Virus record (IMG/VR): IMGVR_UViG_3300045988_007914
Length of the DNA: 46,574 nt
Strand: one strand, 5' to 3'
Source: a virus
Shown here: piece after piece, positions 32,376 through 42,386 of the stretch
Layout of the letters: every line of letters starts with the position of its first letter
Position numbering within the stretch: position 1 is the stretch's first letter
Program-made: the position numbers and the translations under genes
Notes under the pieces: generated by a model
What the model saw: only the letters and a program-made list of their open reading frames with translations
Told to the model about the DNA's origin: nothing
Database searches by the model: none

Positions 32376-35300
32376 GTTTTATGCCTACTACAATCGAACA
32401 ACTCGAATTGGAAGTTCAGTCGAGTTCCACCTCGGCTGTCGCTGGTATAGACGCTCTTTCCGCTTCTTTGTCCAAACTCAAAAATGCAGTTAGGGGCGGT
32501 GTCGGATTAACAAGCGTTGCAAATCAAGTACGCAATCTCGATACCGCCCTTAAAAGCATGGATAGTTCCGGGGCAGACAAGATTGACAAGCTCGCTTCCA
32601 GTTTGGAAAAGCTGAAAGGTCTCGGCAGTCTCAAGATTTCGTCTTCCATCGGAAATCAGCTTCAAAATATCGGTAGTGCCGCCGCTTCTCTCACTGGTGT
32701 AGATTTCAGTGCTATGGAGAAGCTGGGTACAGCACTCCAACCGCTGAACAATTTGAACGCTTCCGGGCTAAAGTCCACAATCAATGCGCTCAATAAGTTA
32801 CCGAAACTGGCAGACACCCTTGACAACATGGACATGACTAAGTTCACCAGTCAGATTCAGCAGTTGTCTACGGCTCTTGCTCCGCTGACAAATCAGCTCA
32901 ATGCTGTAACTACGGCGTTCAATCGTCTTCCTACGAACATTCAGAGGGCTATTACCGTCACGAACAGAATCTCGCAAGAGAACAATAAGGCGGCAAATAG
33001 TTACATGAATCTGTATGCCAAAATCAAAATGGCTATGGGTGTTGTGCGTACTGGTGCGAGAGTAATTGCTTCGTGGATAACACAGTCCAACCAGTACATT
33101 GAGGATTTGAACCTGTTTACCGCTTCTATGGGTAAATACGCAGAGGAAGCACAGAACTACGCAGAAGCAGTCAGCGAAGCTCTCGGTATCGACCCGGGCG
33201 AGTTCATGCGAAATCAAGGTGTGTTCAATACCATCATTAGCGGTTTCGGCGTGGCGAGCGATAAAGCGTACCTTATGTCCAAGAACCTCACACAGCTCGG
33301 CTACGACATTTCTTCGTTCTTCAACATTTCGTTTGAGGACGCAATGCAGAAGTTACAGTCCGGCATTGCTGGTGAGCTTGAACCGCTTCGTAGACTGGGT
33401 TACGACCTGTCTGTTGCAAGACTGCAAGAGGAAGCTCTTGCTCTCGGTATCGAGAAAAAGGTCTCTGCTATGACACAGGCTGAAAAGTCGCAGTTGCGTT
33501 ACTACGCAATTATGACACAGGTAACTACCGCTCAAGGTGATATGGCTCGTACTCTGAACGCTCCGGCTAACCAGCTTCGTGTTTTACAGGCACAGGTTAC
33601 GCAGTGTGCAAGAGCTTTGGGTAATATCTTTATCCCGGCTCTGAACGCAGTATTACCGTATGCAATCGCTTTGGCGAAGATTGTCCGTATGCTGGCAAAC
33701 TCTATCGCAAGTCTGTTCGGATTCAAACTCCCGGAGGTAGATTATTCCGGCATTTCTGCTGGTGCTTCTGCGGTTGGCGATTTGGCTGACAACGCCGGGG
33801 ACGCTTCCGATGGACTGGGTAAAGCCGGGAAAGCGGCTAAGAAGCTGAAAAATGCTCTGCTCGGTATTGACGAGCTGAACGTCCTATCTAAAGACGATAG
33901 TTCCAGCGGAAGCGGTAGTGGCTCGGGTGCTGGTATCGGTGGTGGGGATTTAGGCATTGACCTTCCTACCTACGATTTCCTCGGTGACGCAATCACTTCC
34001 AAGGTTGACGAAATCGTTCAGATGATTAAGGACGCTATGTGGGAAATCACTGCTGTTATCAGCGGATTCTTACTGGCAATCGGTACTATCCTTGTTGTCA
34101 CAGGTGCAAACGTTCCTCTCGGTCTCGGTCTCATGGCTGTTGGTGCTGTCGGTTTGGCGGCTTCGGTAATGGCGAACTGGAACGGAATGTCGGAACGGTT
34201 GGCGAAGGTTCTCACCCTCGTTACCGGGGTACTGGGCGGCTTCCTGTTAGCTATCGGTGCTTTCCTTGTATTTTCGGGTGTCAATGTACCGCTCGGTGCT
34301 GGTCTCATGGTGGCTGGTGCGGCGGCTCTCGGTACTGCGGCTGTAATTAACTGGAAGTTCCTCAACGGAGACCTGTCGAACGCTCTGTCCATTCTCACGG
34401 CAATCGTGAGCGGTGCGTTGCTGGCTATGGGTGCATTGTTCGCCTTTACTGGTGTTGATGTTCCTCTCGGTATCGCATTGATGGCGGCTGGTGCTGTCGG
34501 CATGGTTACAGCAATCGGTCTTAACTGGGATTCGATGTCCGACCCTCTCCGTAGGACAATCGGTATGCTCGAAACCATTGTTGGAGGTGCATTGCTGACA
34601 TTCGGTGCAATTCTCGCTCTGACTGGCGTAAACGTTCCTCTCGGTGTTGCGATGATTGCCGCTGGTGCGGTTTCTGTCGCTTCGGCAGTAGCTTTGAACT
34701 GGAACTCCTTAACAGGTGATGTTCAAGAATCCGTACTAAGCATTGTGGCTATCGTGAGCGGTGCTTTAATCGGTGTCGGTGCAATCCTCGCTCTGACAGG
34801 AGTTGCAACCGGGCTGGGTATTGCGATGATTGCCGCTGGTGCTGTCGGTCTTGCCGCAACGGTTGGTTTGAATTGGAATAGTATGCCGGACAGTATCAGA
34901 AAGGTTACTACGAAGATTCTTCTCATTGCTGGGGCGGCTTCCATTGCCATAGGTATGATTCTTGCTTTCACAGGAGTTGCAACTCCTCTCGGCGTAGGTC
35001 TTATCCTTGCTGGTGCGGCGGCTCTCGGTACGGCTGTGGCTCTTAACTGGGACACTTTGACAAACAAGCTAAAGGGCGTAACTACTAAAATACTTGCTAT
35101 CGCTGGGGCGGCGGCTCTTGCAATCGGTATTATCCTGTGCTTCACCGGGGTTGGTATTCCTCTCGGTGTTGGATTGATATTATCGGGTGCGGCGGCTCTC
35201 GGTACAGCAGTAGCTATTAACTGGGAAACCATCAAAGAAAAAATCAAGGGAGTTTTCACCAAGATTAAATCAATGGCTGGTTCTCTCGGCAAACTCGCTA

Positions 35301-37066
35301 TCGGTCTCATGTTGTGTCTGACAGGTGTTGGTATTCCTCTCGGTCTTGCTCTCATTGCCGATGGAGTTAAAGACTTCGCTACTGGAAAACCTGTTAGCTG
35401 GGATTCGATGGTGAGCGGAATTAAGGAAGCTCTCGGAAATATATCTGACGAGTGGAACAAATTCAAAAAGAAGGTTAAGAACAGCAAGCCTGTTCAATTC
35501 CTTGCCGAAGTAAAGAACAATGCTTCGGAATGGTGGGACAACGTAAAGGATTGGTGGTCTGACAAAACGAAAGACGGTCTCTCTCTTGAAACTGGCGTAA
35601 AGCTCGTGAAAGATGGCTGGTCTTCTGTGAAGAACTGGATTGGTAACATTCCGGCTGTGAAACAGGGTGTTGGGCTTCTGAAATCCGGCTGGTCTACCGT
35701 GAAAAACTGGATAGGCAACATTCCAACCGTAGACCAAGCTGTCGCACTCGCAAAGAACGGCTGGCAGACGGTCAAGGGCTGGATTGGCAATATCCCGGGA
35801 GTATCGCAAGCAGTAAGTCTTGCGAAATCCGGCTGGAACTCTGTAAGAGAGTGGGTTGGTAATATCCCGGTTGTCAGTCAAGGAATCTCGTTGCTGAAAT
35901 CCGGCTGGACAACGGTTAAAAACTGGGTCGGCAATATCCCTACTCTGTCCCAAGCAATCAATCTCATTAAGAGCGGTTGGCAGACAGTAAAGGGCTGGAT
36001 TGGTAACATTCCTACTCTGTCCCAAGCAATCAGCCTTATCAAGAGTGGTTGGACTACGGTTAAGAATTGGATTGGAAATATCCCGGTTCTTTCTCAAGGT
36101 ATCAGCTTACTCAAGTCGGGTTGGACTACGGTTAAAAACTGGATTGGTAACATTCCTACGCTTTCGCAAGGAATCTCGTTGCTGAAATCCGGCTGGTCTA
36201 CCGTAAAGAACTGGATTGGTAGTCTTCCTGTTATCGCTCAAGGTATTTCGCTTTTCAAGTCCGGGTGGACAACGATTCAGAACTGGATTGGTAGCCACAC
36301 CGTAGGTGTCGGTATCTCTCTATGGAAAAACGGTTGGCGTTCTATCTCGAGCTTCGTTGGTACTTCGGTATCTGTCGGTATCTCGCTTTTCAAATCCGGC
36401 TGGACTTCTATTAAGAAGTTCTTCGGACTGGCGAACGGCGGTATCGTTGGTGCAAACGGCGGCGTGAAGATGTTCGCTTCCGGCGGTATCATCACTCCGA
36501 ATATGTGGAAAGCAATGCCGAAATATGCTGGCGGCACGAACCGAGCGCATGGCTCTATGTTCGTTGCTGGTGAGAGCGGTGCAGAGTTGGTAGGTCATGT
36601 AAATGGCACTACCGAGGTGCTGAACCGATTCCAGCTTGCTTCTGTCATGCACAGCTCCATCGTAAGCGGTATGGCACAGTTCTCCGGGTACTGGCAGTCC
36701 ATGTCTCGAGACATTGTGACTTGTGCGAACGGTATTATCAATGCCGTTGTCGTAAGTACCGCCGGAATCAACGAAAACCTCGTGCTTGCTTCGGCAAGCG
36801 GTTATGACCCTTATAACTCGCTGGCACAGACGGTGTACGAAGATTCCAAGAAATCCTATGACGGTGCATATTCCGATGATTCGTGGTCTCGCAATATGCG
36901 TGAGTTCTACCACGAGTATGTCGAACCTACTCTCAAGGAAATCGCTACCGATACCAAGAGACAGGCAGACAAGAAGGAACAGACCATCGTAAAGGTCGGC
37001 AACCGTACAATCAATGACGCTGTTACCACGCAGAAGGAAGCGAACGGTTTCAGCTTCACCGAGTAA
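32372..37066 (+). CDS. Tape measure protein (1564 aa; start GTG 32372 or ATG 32381)
   Basis: Size, position and internal repeats. Confidence 0.9.
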   Translation: MSFMPTTIEQLELEVQSSSTSAVAGIDALSASLSKLKNAVRGGVGLTSVANQVRNLDTALKSMDSSGADKIDKLASSLEKLKGLGSLKISSSIGNQLQNIGSAAASLTGVDFSAMEKLGTALQPLNNLNASGLKSTINALNKLPKLADTLDNMDMTKFTSQIQQLSTALAPLTNQLNAVTTAFNRLPTNIQRAITVTNRISQENNKAANSYMNLYAKIKMAMGVVRTGARVIASWITQSNQYIEDLNLFTASMGKYAEEAQNYAEAVSEALGIDPGEFMRNQGVFNTIISGFGVASDKAYLMSKNLTQLGYDISSFFNISFEDAMQKLQSGIAGELEPLRRLGYDLSVARLQEEALALGIEKKVSAMTQAEKSQLRYYAIMTQVTTAQGDMARTLNAPANQLRVLQAQVTQCARALGNIFIPALNAVLPYAIALAKIVRMLANSIASLFGFKLPEVDYSGISAGASAVGDLADNAGDASDGLGKAGKAAKKLKNALLGIDELNVLSKDDSSSGSGSGSGAGIGGGDLGIDLPTYDFLGDAITSKVDEIVQMIKDAMWEITAVISGFLLAIGTILVVTGANVPLGLGLMAVGAVGLAASVMANWNGMSERLAKVLTLVTGVLGGFLLAIGAFLVFSGVNVPLGAGLMVAGAAALGTAAVINWKFLNGDLSNALSILTAIVSGALLAMGALFAFTGVDVPLGIALMAAGAVGMVTAIGLNWDSMSDPLRRTIGMLETIVGGALLTFGAILALTGVNVPLGVAMIAAGAVSVASAVALNWNSLTGDVQESVLSIVAIVSGALIGVGAILALTGVATGLGIAMIAAGAVGLAATVGLNWNSMPDSIRKVTTKILLIAGAASIAIGMILAFTGVATPLGVGLILAGAAALGTAVALNWDTLTNKLKGVTTKILAIAGAAALAIGIILCFTGVGIPLGVGLILSGAAALGTAVAINWETIKEKIKGVFTKIKSMAGSLGKLAIGLMLCLTGVGIPLGLALIADGVKDFATGKPVSWDSMVSGIKEALGNISDEWNKFKKKVKNSKPVQFLAEVKNNASEWWDNVKDWWSDKTKDGLSLETGVKLVKDGWSSVKNWIGNIPAVKQGVGLLKSGWSTVKNWIGNIPTVDQAVALAKNGWQTVKGWIGNIPGVSQAVSLAKSGWNSVREWVGNIPVVSQGISLLKSGWTTVKNWVGNIPTLSQAINLIKSGWQTVKGWIGNIPTLSQAISLIKSGWTTVKNWIGNIPVLSQGISLLKSGWTTVKNWIGNIPTLSQGISLLKSGWSTVKNWIGSLPVIAQGISLFKSGWTTIQNWIGSHTVGVGISLWKNGWRSISSFVGTSVSVGISLFKSGWTSIKKFFGLANGGIVGANGGVKMFASGGIITPNMWKAMPKYAGGTNRAHGSMFVAGESGAELVGHVNGTTEVLNRFQLASVMHSSIVSGMAQFSGYWQSMSRDIVTCANGIINAVVVSTAGINENLVLASASGYDPYNSLAQTVYEDSKKSYDGAYSDDSWSRNMREFYHEYVEPTLKEIATDTKRQADKKEQTIVKVGNRTINDAVTTQKEANGFSFTE
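34040..35412 (+). repeat. In-frame ~58-aa (174-nt) repeats, 7 full plus 1 partial; each looks like a two-helix hydrophobic hairpin ending in ..NW..
   Basis: The unit VTTKILAIAGAAALAIGIILCFTGVGIPLGVGLILSGAAALGTAVAINWETIKEKIKG recurs with variation. Confidence 0.8.
35573..36428 (+). repeat. In-frame 24-aa (72-nt) repeats, 12 copies
   Basis: GISLLKSGWTTVKNWIGNIPTLSQ consensus. 12 K(S/N/D)GW cores counted. Confidence 0.85.
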
Positions 37067-37081
37067 AGGAGGTGTGTAGCG

Positions 37082-37453
37082 ATGGCATATTTAGCGATAA
37101 ATGGTTATGAGCTACCACCTTGTAAACGAGGTGTGAGCGTGGTCGTAACCACCGTAGTTGACAGCGGACGAGACGCTAACGGTGCTGTTGTGGGTCAAAG
37201 AGTTGGACGAGACCAGTACAAGATAGATGGGCTTGAGTGGGCGTGGCTCACGGCGGCTCAATGGGAACGGATTCTCTCTATCTTGAGCAATTTCTTCGTC
37301 TATGTCGAATTTAATGACCCTGTAACAAACAAACGCAAAACCGTAAGAATGTACTGCGGAGACCGTACAGGAGAACCCTACTGGGTGACAGAAGACGGTA
37401 CTCCAACGCATTATCGGAATTGCAAGGTAAATCTTATCGACACTGGCGAGTAA
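37082..37453 (+). CDS. Small tail protein following the tape measure gene
   Basis: Position only. Confidence 0.5.
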   Translation: MAYLAINGYELPPCKRGVSVVVTTVVDSGRDANGAVVGQRVGRDQYKIDGLEWAWLTAAQWERILSILSNFFVYVEFNDPVTNKRKTVRMYCGDRTGEPYWVTEDGTPTHYRNCKVNLIDTGE

Positions 37454-37465
37454 AGGAGGGGTCTT

Positions 37466-39688
37466 ATGCAGAAAGTATCGAAAGCATACAAGGAAAGCAT
37501 GAAGTCCTCTCTCCGTGAGAGAGCATACATTATGATTTCTTTCGGACTTGTGAACCAAGAAGCACAGGCGAAAGCTACGGTCGATAATGGCAGTTATGCC
37601 TACTACTCGAACAAGGACAATATCTTCGGAGAGCATATTGACGATACGGTCTATGCCACTCTCGAGGAGGAGTTCACGAAAGTAGATGGCTCTATGTTCT
37701 TTCTCCCTCGGGCTACCGAGGGAGGGAGATACTATGATACCGGGATTGTCTCGGACAAGCTGGTTTCCGAAGCTCGATGTGAAGTGATTATCAGCTTGAA
37801 CACAATCGCAACGGATTTTAAGGGTCTCACGATTAACTTCGGTGAGAATTACCCGGTTGATTTCGATATTGTCGGAAGTACCGGGCAGACCATTGAGTTT
37901 AGAGGGAATACAAAATCAAAGTGGAGTACCGAGGAAGTATTGGAAAATACAACCTATATCAAGCTGGTGTTCTACAAGATGAAGAACTCTCAAAGCCGTT
38001 TGCGTATCTACTCTATCATGTTCGGTTACGGACTTGTGTATTACAACGATTCTGTTATGAGTTCTGCTCTTGACAGTTACGTTTCCCCTATCGGGGCTGA
38101 TGTTCCGCAGTTCGATTTTTCGGTAACGCTGAAAAACTACGACCACTACTTCAATGTGGATAACCCGAACTCGGCTATCAACTACCTCGAGACAGGACAG
38201 GAAATGGATATTATGTACGGTTATCAGACCCCGGGTTCTGACACTATCGAGTGGATTCAAGGAAACCACCTGTGGTGTTCTGAATGGGAAAGTGACGATA
38301 ACACGGCTACAATCCGTTGCCAAGACATTTTCCGTAATATGGACGGCGAGTATGTGAAGGGTCTGTATAGTGCCGCTGGTAAAAGCTACTACGCACTGGC
38401 AGAGGAGATTTTGAAGGACGCTGGGATTTCCGAGTATTATATCGACCCACGTTTGAAGAAGCTCTACTCTAACAACCCGATTCCGAGAGTGAAATACAAA
38501 GAAGCATTGCAGATTATCGCAAATGCCTGTCGATGTGTTCTCACCCAGTCTCGAGACGGCAAGGTTCAAATCAAGTCGAATTTCATGCCGAGTGCTTCCA
38601 TCGCAACCAATGGGGAGGAGACCTACTCCAATGCCGCAAACGTGCTGACGGACACACCGAAGGTTGAATACGCAACCCTCGCCGGGAATTACACCCCTAC
38701 CGATGGTACGATGTTCTTCCTTCCGAGAAACGGCAAGGCGGCTCTGACAACCGGGTATGTCTCTAAGGAAATCTCCGGGGCAAACGGAACATTCACAAAG
38801 AATCCTGTCGTTACTATTACGATGGAAGCGATTCGAGCTTATTACGGTTTGAAGCTGGTCTTCGGTACAGCTCTCCCGGCGGCGTTCACAATCAGAACGT
38901 ACAAGGGTGGCGAGCCTGTAAATGAATACCCGGTTGAGAGGGACGAAATCAGCACTACTTCGATTATTCTTCGAGATTTCGATGATTTCGATGTGATGAA
39001 GATTGAGTTCACCAAAACCGCAGAGCCGTACAACCGTATCGTGCTGAATTATTTCAGTTTGAGCGATGTTGTGGATTTCACCATGAATCGCCGGGACATG
39101 ACCTCCTCCCCGAAAGCTATCAAACAGGAGCTTATCAAAGAGGTTATCGTCCCATGTTACACCTACCAAGAGAATAATCGAGAAGAAAACCTTGTCTACG
39201 AGGACATAGATGTAGTCGCTGGTGAGGTCGAGACTTATTACATTCAAGACCCTTCCTATGGCTATAAGGTGAAGCTCGATGAAGTCGAAGGTAAAGCAAC
39301 CGTAGTGGCATGGAGTAACTACTTCGTTACCATCAAATTCAATGTCACTGGCTCGTTTAAGCTCGAGGTACAGGGTTATCGGTACAAAATCGTTGAGAAG
39401 TACGCTACGGTGTCTCTCAACGCTCGTGGTAAGACAGTCAAGTGGAAGAATCCTCTGATAAGTAATACCACGATGGCGAATGAGCTTGCCGCATGGCTGG
39501 CTGATTATTACACAGCCGGAATCGAGTACGAATACGATACTCGAGGAAATCCCGAGCTGGACGCTACCGACATTGTGTACCAAGAAAACGAGTTCCACGA
39601 TGGTATGAGGGTAAATATCTACCGTCACACTGTCAATTTCAAGCAAGCATTTTCGGGTCGAGTAACCGCCCGAAGGATTGGAGGTTAA
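37466..39688 (+). CDS. Large tail-tip/baseplate protein (740 aa) with an internal duplication
   Basis: YATLEEEFTKVDGSMFFLPR.. and YATLAGNYTPTDGTMFFLPR.. head two similar domains. Confidence 0.6.
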   Translation: MQKVSKAYKESMKSSLRERAYIMISFGLVNQEAQAKATVDNGSYAYYSNKDNIFGEHIDDTVYATLEEEFTKVDGSMFFLPRATEGGRYYDTGIVSDKLVSEARCEVIISLNTIATDFKGLTINFGENYPVDFDIVGSTGQTIEFRGNTKSKWSTEEVLENTTYIKLVFYKMKNSQSRLRIYSIMFGYGLVYYNDSVMSSALDSYVSPIGADVPQFDFSVTLKNYDHYFNVDNPNSAINYLETGQEMDIMYGYQTPGSDTIEWIQGNHLWCSEWESDDNTATIRCQDIFRNMDGEYVKGLYSAAGKSYYALAEEILKDAGISEYYIDPRLKKLYSNNPIPRVKYKEALQIIANACRCVLTQSRDGKVQIKSNFMPSASIATNGEETYSNAANVLTDTPKVEYATLAGNYTPTDGTMFFLPRNGKAALTTGYVSKEISGANGTFTKNPVVTITMEAIRAYYGLKLVFGTALPAAFTIRTYKGGEPVNEYPVERDEISTTSIILRDFDDFDVMKIEFTKTAEPYNRIVLNYFSLSDVVDFTMNRRDMTSSPKAIKQELIKEVIVPCYTYQENNREENLVYEDIDVVAGEVETYYIQDPSYGYKVKLDEVEGKATVVAWSNYFVTIKFNVTGSFKLEVQGYRYKIVEKYATVSLNARGKTVKWKNPLISNTTMANELAAWLADYYTAGIEYEYDTRGNPELDATDIVYQENEFHDGMRVNIYRHTVNFKQAFSGRVTARRIGG

Positions 39689-39689
39689 A

Positions 39690-40115
39690 ATGTCGTGGTC
39701 TACACCGAAAACCGATTGGAACGGTGAGACTGTCGATGGTGTTTACACCGGGGACAGATTCAACGCCGTAGACTTCAATCGAATTAAGAACAACCTCGAA
39801 TACCTCCGTGAGTTGGCTATCAAGATGTATGACGAGTTCGCTATTCAGTCTGTCGGAAGCGATAAGACCGTAAAGGACTACTTCTATGCTGATGAAATCA
39901 ATGCACTGGAAGCGAACCTCGTTACCATCAATACCAACAGTCTCAAGAGGTCTTACGGCACTGCTCCTACCTATGCCGCCAACGGTAATACGATGGATTT
40001 CAAAGAACTCAATCGTTTGGAGGGAGCAATCCTTGACCTTTACGACAGGCTCACCAATGAGAGTGAGGGAAGGAGGACATTCACATGGAATTTTGGTATG
40101 AAGGGAGGATTATAA
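39690..40115 (+). CDS. Tail-fibre-associated protein
   Basis: MSWSTPKTDWNGE..FNAVDFNRIKNNLEYL.. motif, common near Firmicutes phage fibres. Confidence 0.5.
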   Translation: MSWSTPKTDWNGETVDGVYTGDRFNAVDFNRIKNNLEYLRELAIKMYDEFAIQSVGSDKTVKDYFYADEINALEANLVTINTNSLKRSYGTAPTYAANGNTMDFKELNRLEGAILDLYDRLTNESEGRRTFTWNFGMKGGL

Positions 40116-40742
40116 ATGGCGTGGAAATTACTTCCTACTGATTATACGGACGCTGTTTGGAGTGGTCTGAAAAGATACACACAGGTCGATAACTCCGATG
40201 GTACGGTATCGTTCAACGATGTTACGACCTACACCAATAAGGAGAAATCCTTCTTCGGTGCAAAAGACGCTAACCGTATGAACGAAGCTCTGAACTACAT
40301 CATGTCTATGCTGGAAAACGGCACGAACTTGTATGAGGAGTTTCAGACCTACTTCACCACACAGAAGGAGCTTTTCAAAAGCTCGGGTGATAGTTCTTAT
40401 CAAGAGCTGACCCAGTATTTCGTCAACCTCAAGGCACAGGGCGATTCGTCTTTGGCACAAATCGAAAAGACCTATGAGGAACACATGACTGCCTACGAGG
40501 GCGAGCAGACTGCGGCATTTAACACATGGTTTGCTGGTATCAAAGGTAAGCTGAACGAGGATATTGCCGGAAGTCTGCAAAATCAGATTACCGAAGTAGA
40601 CGAACGTTTGGCGGCACTGGAACACATGACCTTGAAGAACCTTTTCACTGTACCTGTTGCGATTGACAACACTGGTACTACGCTTCTTGCTGACGATTTG
40701 GGTAATGCAATCGTGGCAGATTGGAAATATAAGGAGGAATAA
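40116..40742 (+). CDS. Tail-fibre-associated coiled-coil protein
   Basis: Position only. Confidence 0.5.
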   Translation: MAWKLLPTDYTDAVWSGLKRYTQVDNSDGTVSFNDVTTYTNKEKSFFGAKDANRMNEALNYIMSMLENGTNLYEEFQTYFTTQKELFKSSGDSSYQELTQYFVNLKAQGDSSLAQIEKTYEEHMTAYEGEQTAAFNTWFAGIKGKLNEDIAGSLQNQITEVDERLAALEHMTLKNLFTVPVAIDNTGTTLLADDLGNAIVADWKYKEE

Positions 40743-40744
40743 AA

Positions 40745-41647
40745 ATGAGTGCAATCAGTATTGAAACCAAGAAAGTGACGGAACTCACGGCGTTCACCAC
40801 ACCGACCGATTCGTGTCTGATTCCGATTCACGATGGCACAGGCTTGAAGAAAATCACCTTTGCCAATTTCAGAGCCAAGGCGGTTGAGGGTACGGAAGCG
40901 AAAATCGCTCCTCTGCTCTTTAGCAACGCCGGGGCGCACAATGCAATTTACCGTGGTAAGTCGCTGGGTAACACCGTGACTACCGCCCAGTATGCCGCTA
41001 TCAAGGCTGGTACATTCGATGATTTATACATCGGTGACTACTGGACTATCGGCGGTGTCAACTACCGTATTGCGGCGTTCGATTACTACCTCAACAGTGG
41101 TGATACGAACTGTACTACTCACCATGTAGTTATCGTGCCGGACACTTGCCTGTACAACGCACAAATGCACAACACCAGCTCCGGCAGTTGGGAAAGCGGT
41201 GCGGCAAATACTACGGCTGGCGGCTATGTCGGCTCGGATATGTACAAGAGCAATCTCGAACAGGCTAAGACCACTATCAAGAGTGCGTTCAGCGGTCATG
41301 TTCTGAAACACAGAATCTATCTTACGAACGCTGTTGCGAATGGTCGTGCTTCCGGCGGCGCATGGTGCGATTCCGAAGTTGACCTTATGTGCGAGCAGAT
41401 GGTCTACGGCAGTGGTATTTTCTCCCCTGTTTCTGACGGTAGCAATGTCCCGGCTAACTACCGTGTCGAGAAATCCCAGTTGCCGCTGTTCCAGCATGAG
41501 CCGAGCCGTATTTGCAATCGTGCGACATGGTGGTTAAGAGACGTTATTACCGCTTCCTTTTTCGCCTTTGTCGACTACTACGGTGATGCGGGCTACAACT
41601 TCGCTTCCTTTTCTATTGGCGTTCGCCCGGCTTTCTGTATATCTTAA
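40745..41647 (+). CDS. DGR target protein 1: receptor-binding tail fibre with a C-type-lectin-fold C-terminus
   Basis: C-terminus ..WWLRDVITASFFAFVDYYGDAGYNFASFSIGVRPAFCIS carries VR1. Confidence 0.9.
   Translation: MSAISIETKKVTELTAFTTPTDSCLIPIHDGTGLKKITFANFRAKAVEGTEAKIAPLLFSNAGAHNAIYRGKSLGNTVTTAQYAAIKAGTFDDLYIGDYWTIGGVNYRIAAFDYYLNSGDTNCTTHHVVIVPDTCLYNAQMHNTSSGSWESGAANTTAGGYVGSDMYKSNLEQAKTTIKSAFSGHVLKHRIYLTNAVANGRASGGAWCDSEVDLMCEQMVYGSGIFSPVSDGSNVPANYRVEKSQLPLFQHEPSRICNRATWWLRDVITASFFAFVDYYGDAGYNFASFSIGVRPAFCIS
41550..41635 (+). repeat. DGR variable repeat VR1
   Basis: 41550-41630 aligns without gaps to TR 42236-42316. All 15 mismatches fall on TR adenines. Confidence 0.9.
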
Positions 41648-41650
41648 ATC

Positions 41651-41671
41651 TGCGCCCCCTTGTGGGGCGCA
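41651..41671 (+). promoter_or_regulatory. GC hairpin 20 nt after VR1 (TGCGCCCC-CTTGT-GGGGCGCA)
   Basis: Same loop, spacing and flanking AATCT as the hairpin at 14890-14910. Confidence 0.7.
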
Positions 41672-41690
41672 CAAGGAGGTTTATTAACAA

Positions 41691-42233
41691 GTGTCTGTAT
41701 TGAAATCGAAACGAAAACCGTCACAGTTTGAGGTATTTCACCACCTCAACAAAATGCGTAAGGAGGTCACGGATTTACTGCTCCGTGATTTCGGGTACGA
41801 CCTCGACAAAGCCGTGAAGAAAGTCGAAACGACCTTCGGCGGCAGACCGTATGAGGAGTTATCACCCGATGAAAAAGTCCGATATGAAAAGCTCATGGAA
41901 AAGAACACTGCGTTTGCAGAATGGTTCATCGCAGACGAGCGAAAAGTGATTGTTGATTGTCTGCGTAATATCACCGAGGAGGTATATGTTGCAAACAGCA
42001 TTTACCCAACCTACCGGGAAGAACTGGTTGAGCGTAGAGTTCACCAAGACCGAGCAGTCGGACAGTGTTATAGGCTCACACAGGAATTGCAGTATGCTAT
42101 CGAGACCCTTCCTGTCGATGTGAACAAGTACCTTCGTTTCGCTGAAATGATACAGACCGAAATAAACCTTCTTAAAGGTTGGAGAAAGTCTGACAACAAG
42201 TTCAAGTCGGCTCTCCAAGAGGGTAATCTCTGA
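41691..42233 (+). CDS. avd: Avd-like accessory protein (180 aa, helical)
   Basis: Lies between VR1 and TR as in canonical DGRs. GTG start after AAGGAGG. Longer than typical Avd proteins. Confidence 0.6.
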   Translation: MSVLKSKRKPSQFEVFHHLNKMRKEVTDLLLRDFGYDLDKAVKKVETTFGGRPYEELSPDEKVRYEKLMEKNTAFAEWFIADERKVIVDCLRNITEEVYVANSIYPTYREELVERRVHQDRAVGQCYRLTQELQYAIETLPVDVNKYLRFAEMIQTEINLLKGWRKSDNKFKSALQEGNL

Positions 42234-42321
42234 TTCCGCTTCCAATTTCGCCAATGTCAACAACAACGGTAATGCGAACTACAACAACGCTTCCAATTCT
42301 AATGGCGTTCGCCCGGATTTC
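42232..42321 (+). repeat. DGR template repeat (TR)
   Basis: 23 adenines in the 81-nt core, arranged as 11 AAY codons plus TAC in the target frame. GC-rich 3' end GGCGTTCGCCCGG is shared with both VRs. Confidence 0.9.
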
Positions 42322-42386
42322 GATTCTGTGATTGAGTAGCCTATCGAGCGTTTCACAGACAGAGAAAGGAGAGATTATCCTTCCGT

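Noticed and set aside
35573-36428. Regular 72-nt nucleotide repeats as a possible CRISPR array
   Set aside because: The repeats are contiguous with no unique spacers, lie in frame within the tape measure ORF, and translate to a conserved 24-aa unit.
37916-39646. 576-aa minus-strand ORF
   Set aside because: It is antisense to the 740-aa tail protein gene, which fits the operon and has an SD. The same reasoning applies to 30708..31724, 11338..12339, 8026..8715 and the other minus-strand track ORFs inside + strand genes.
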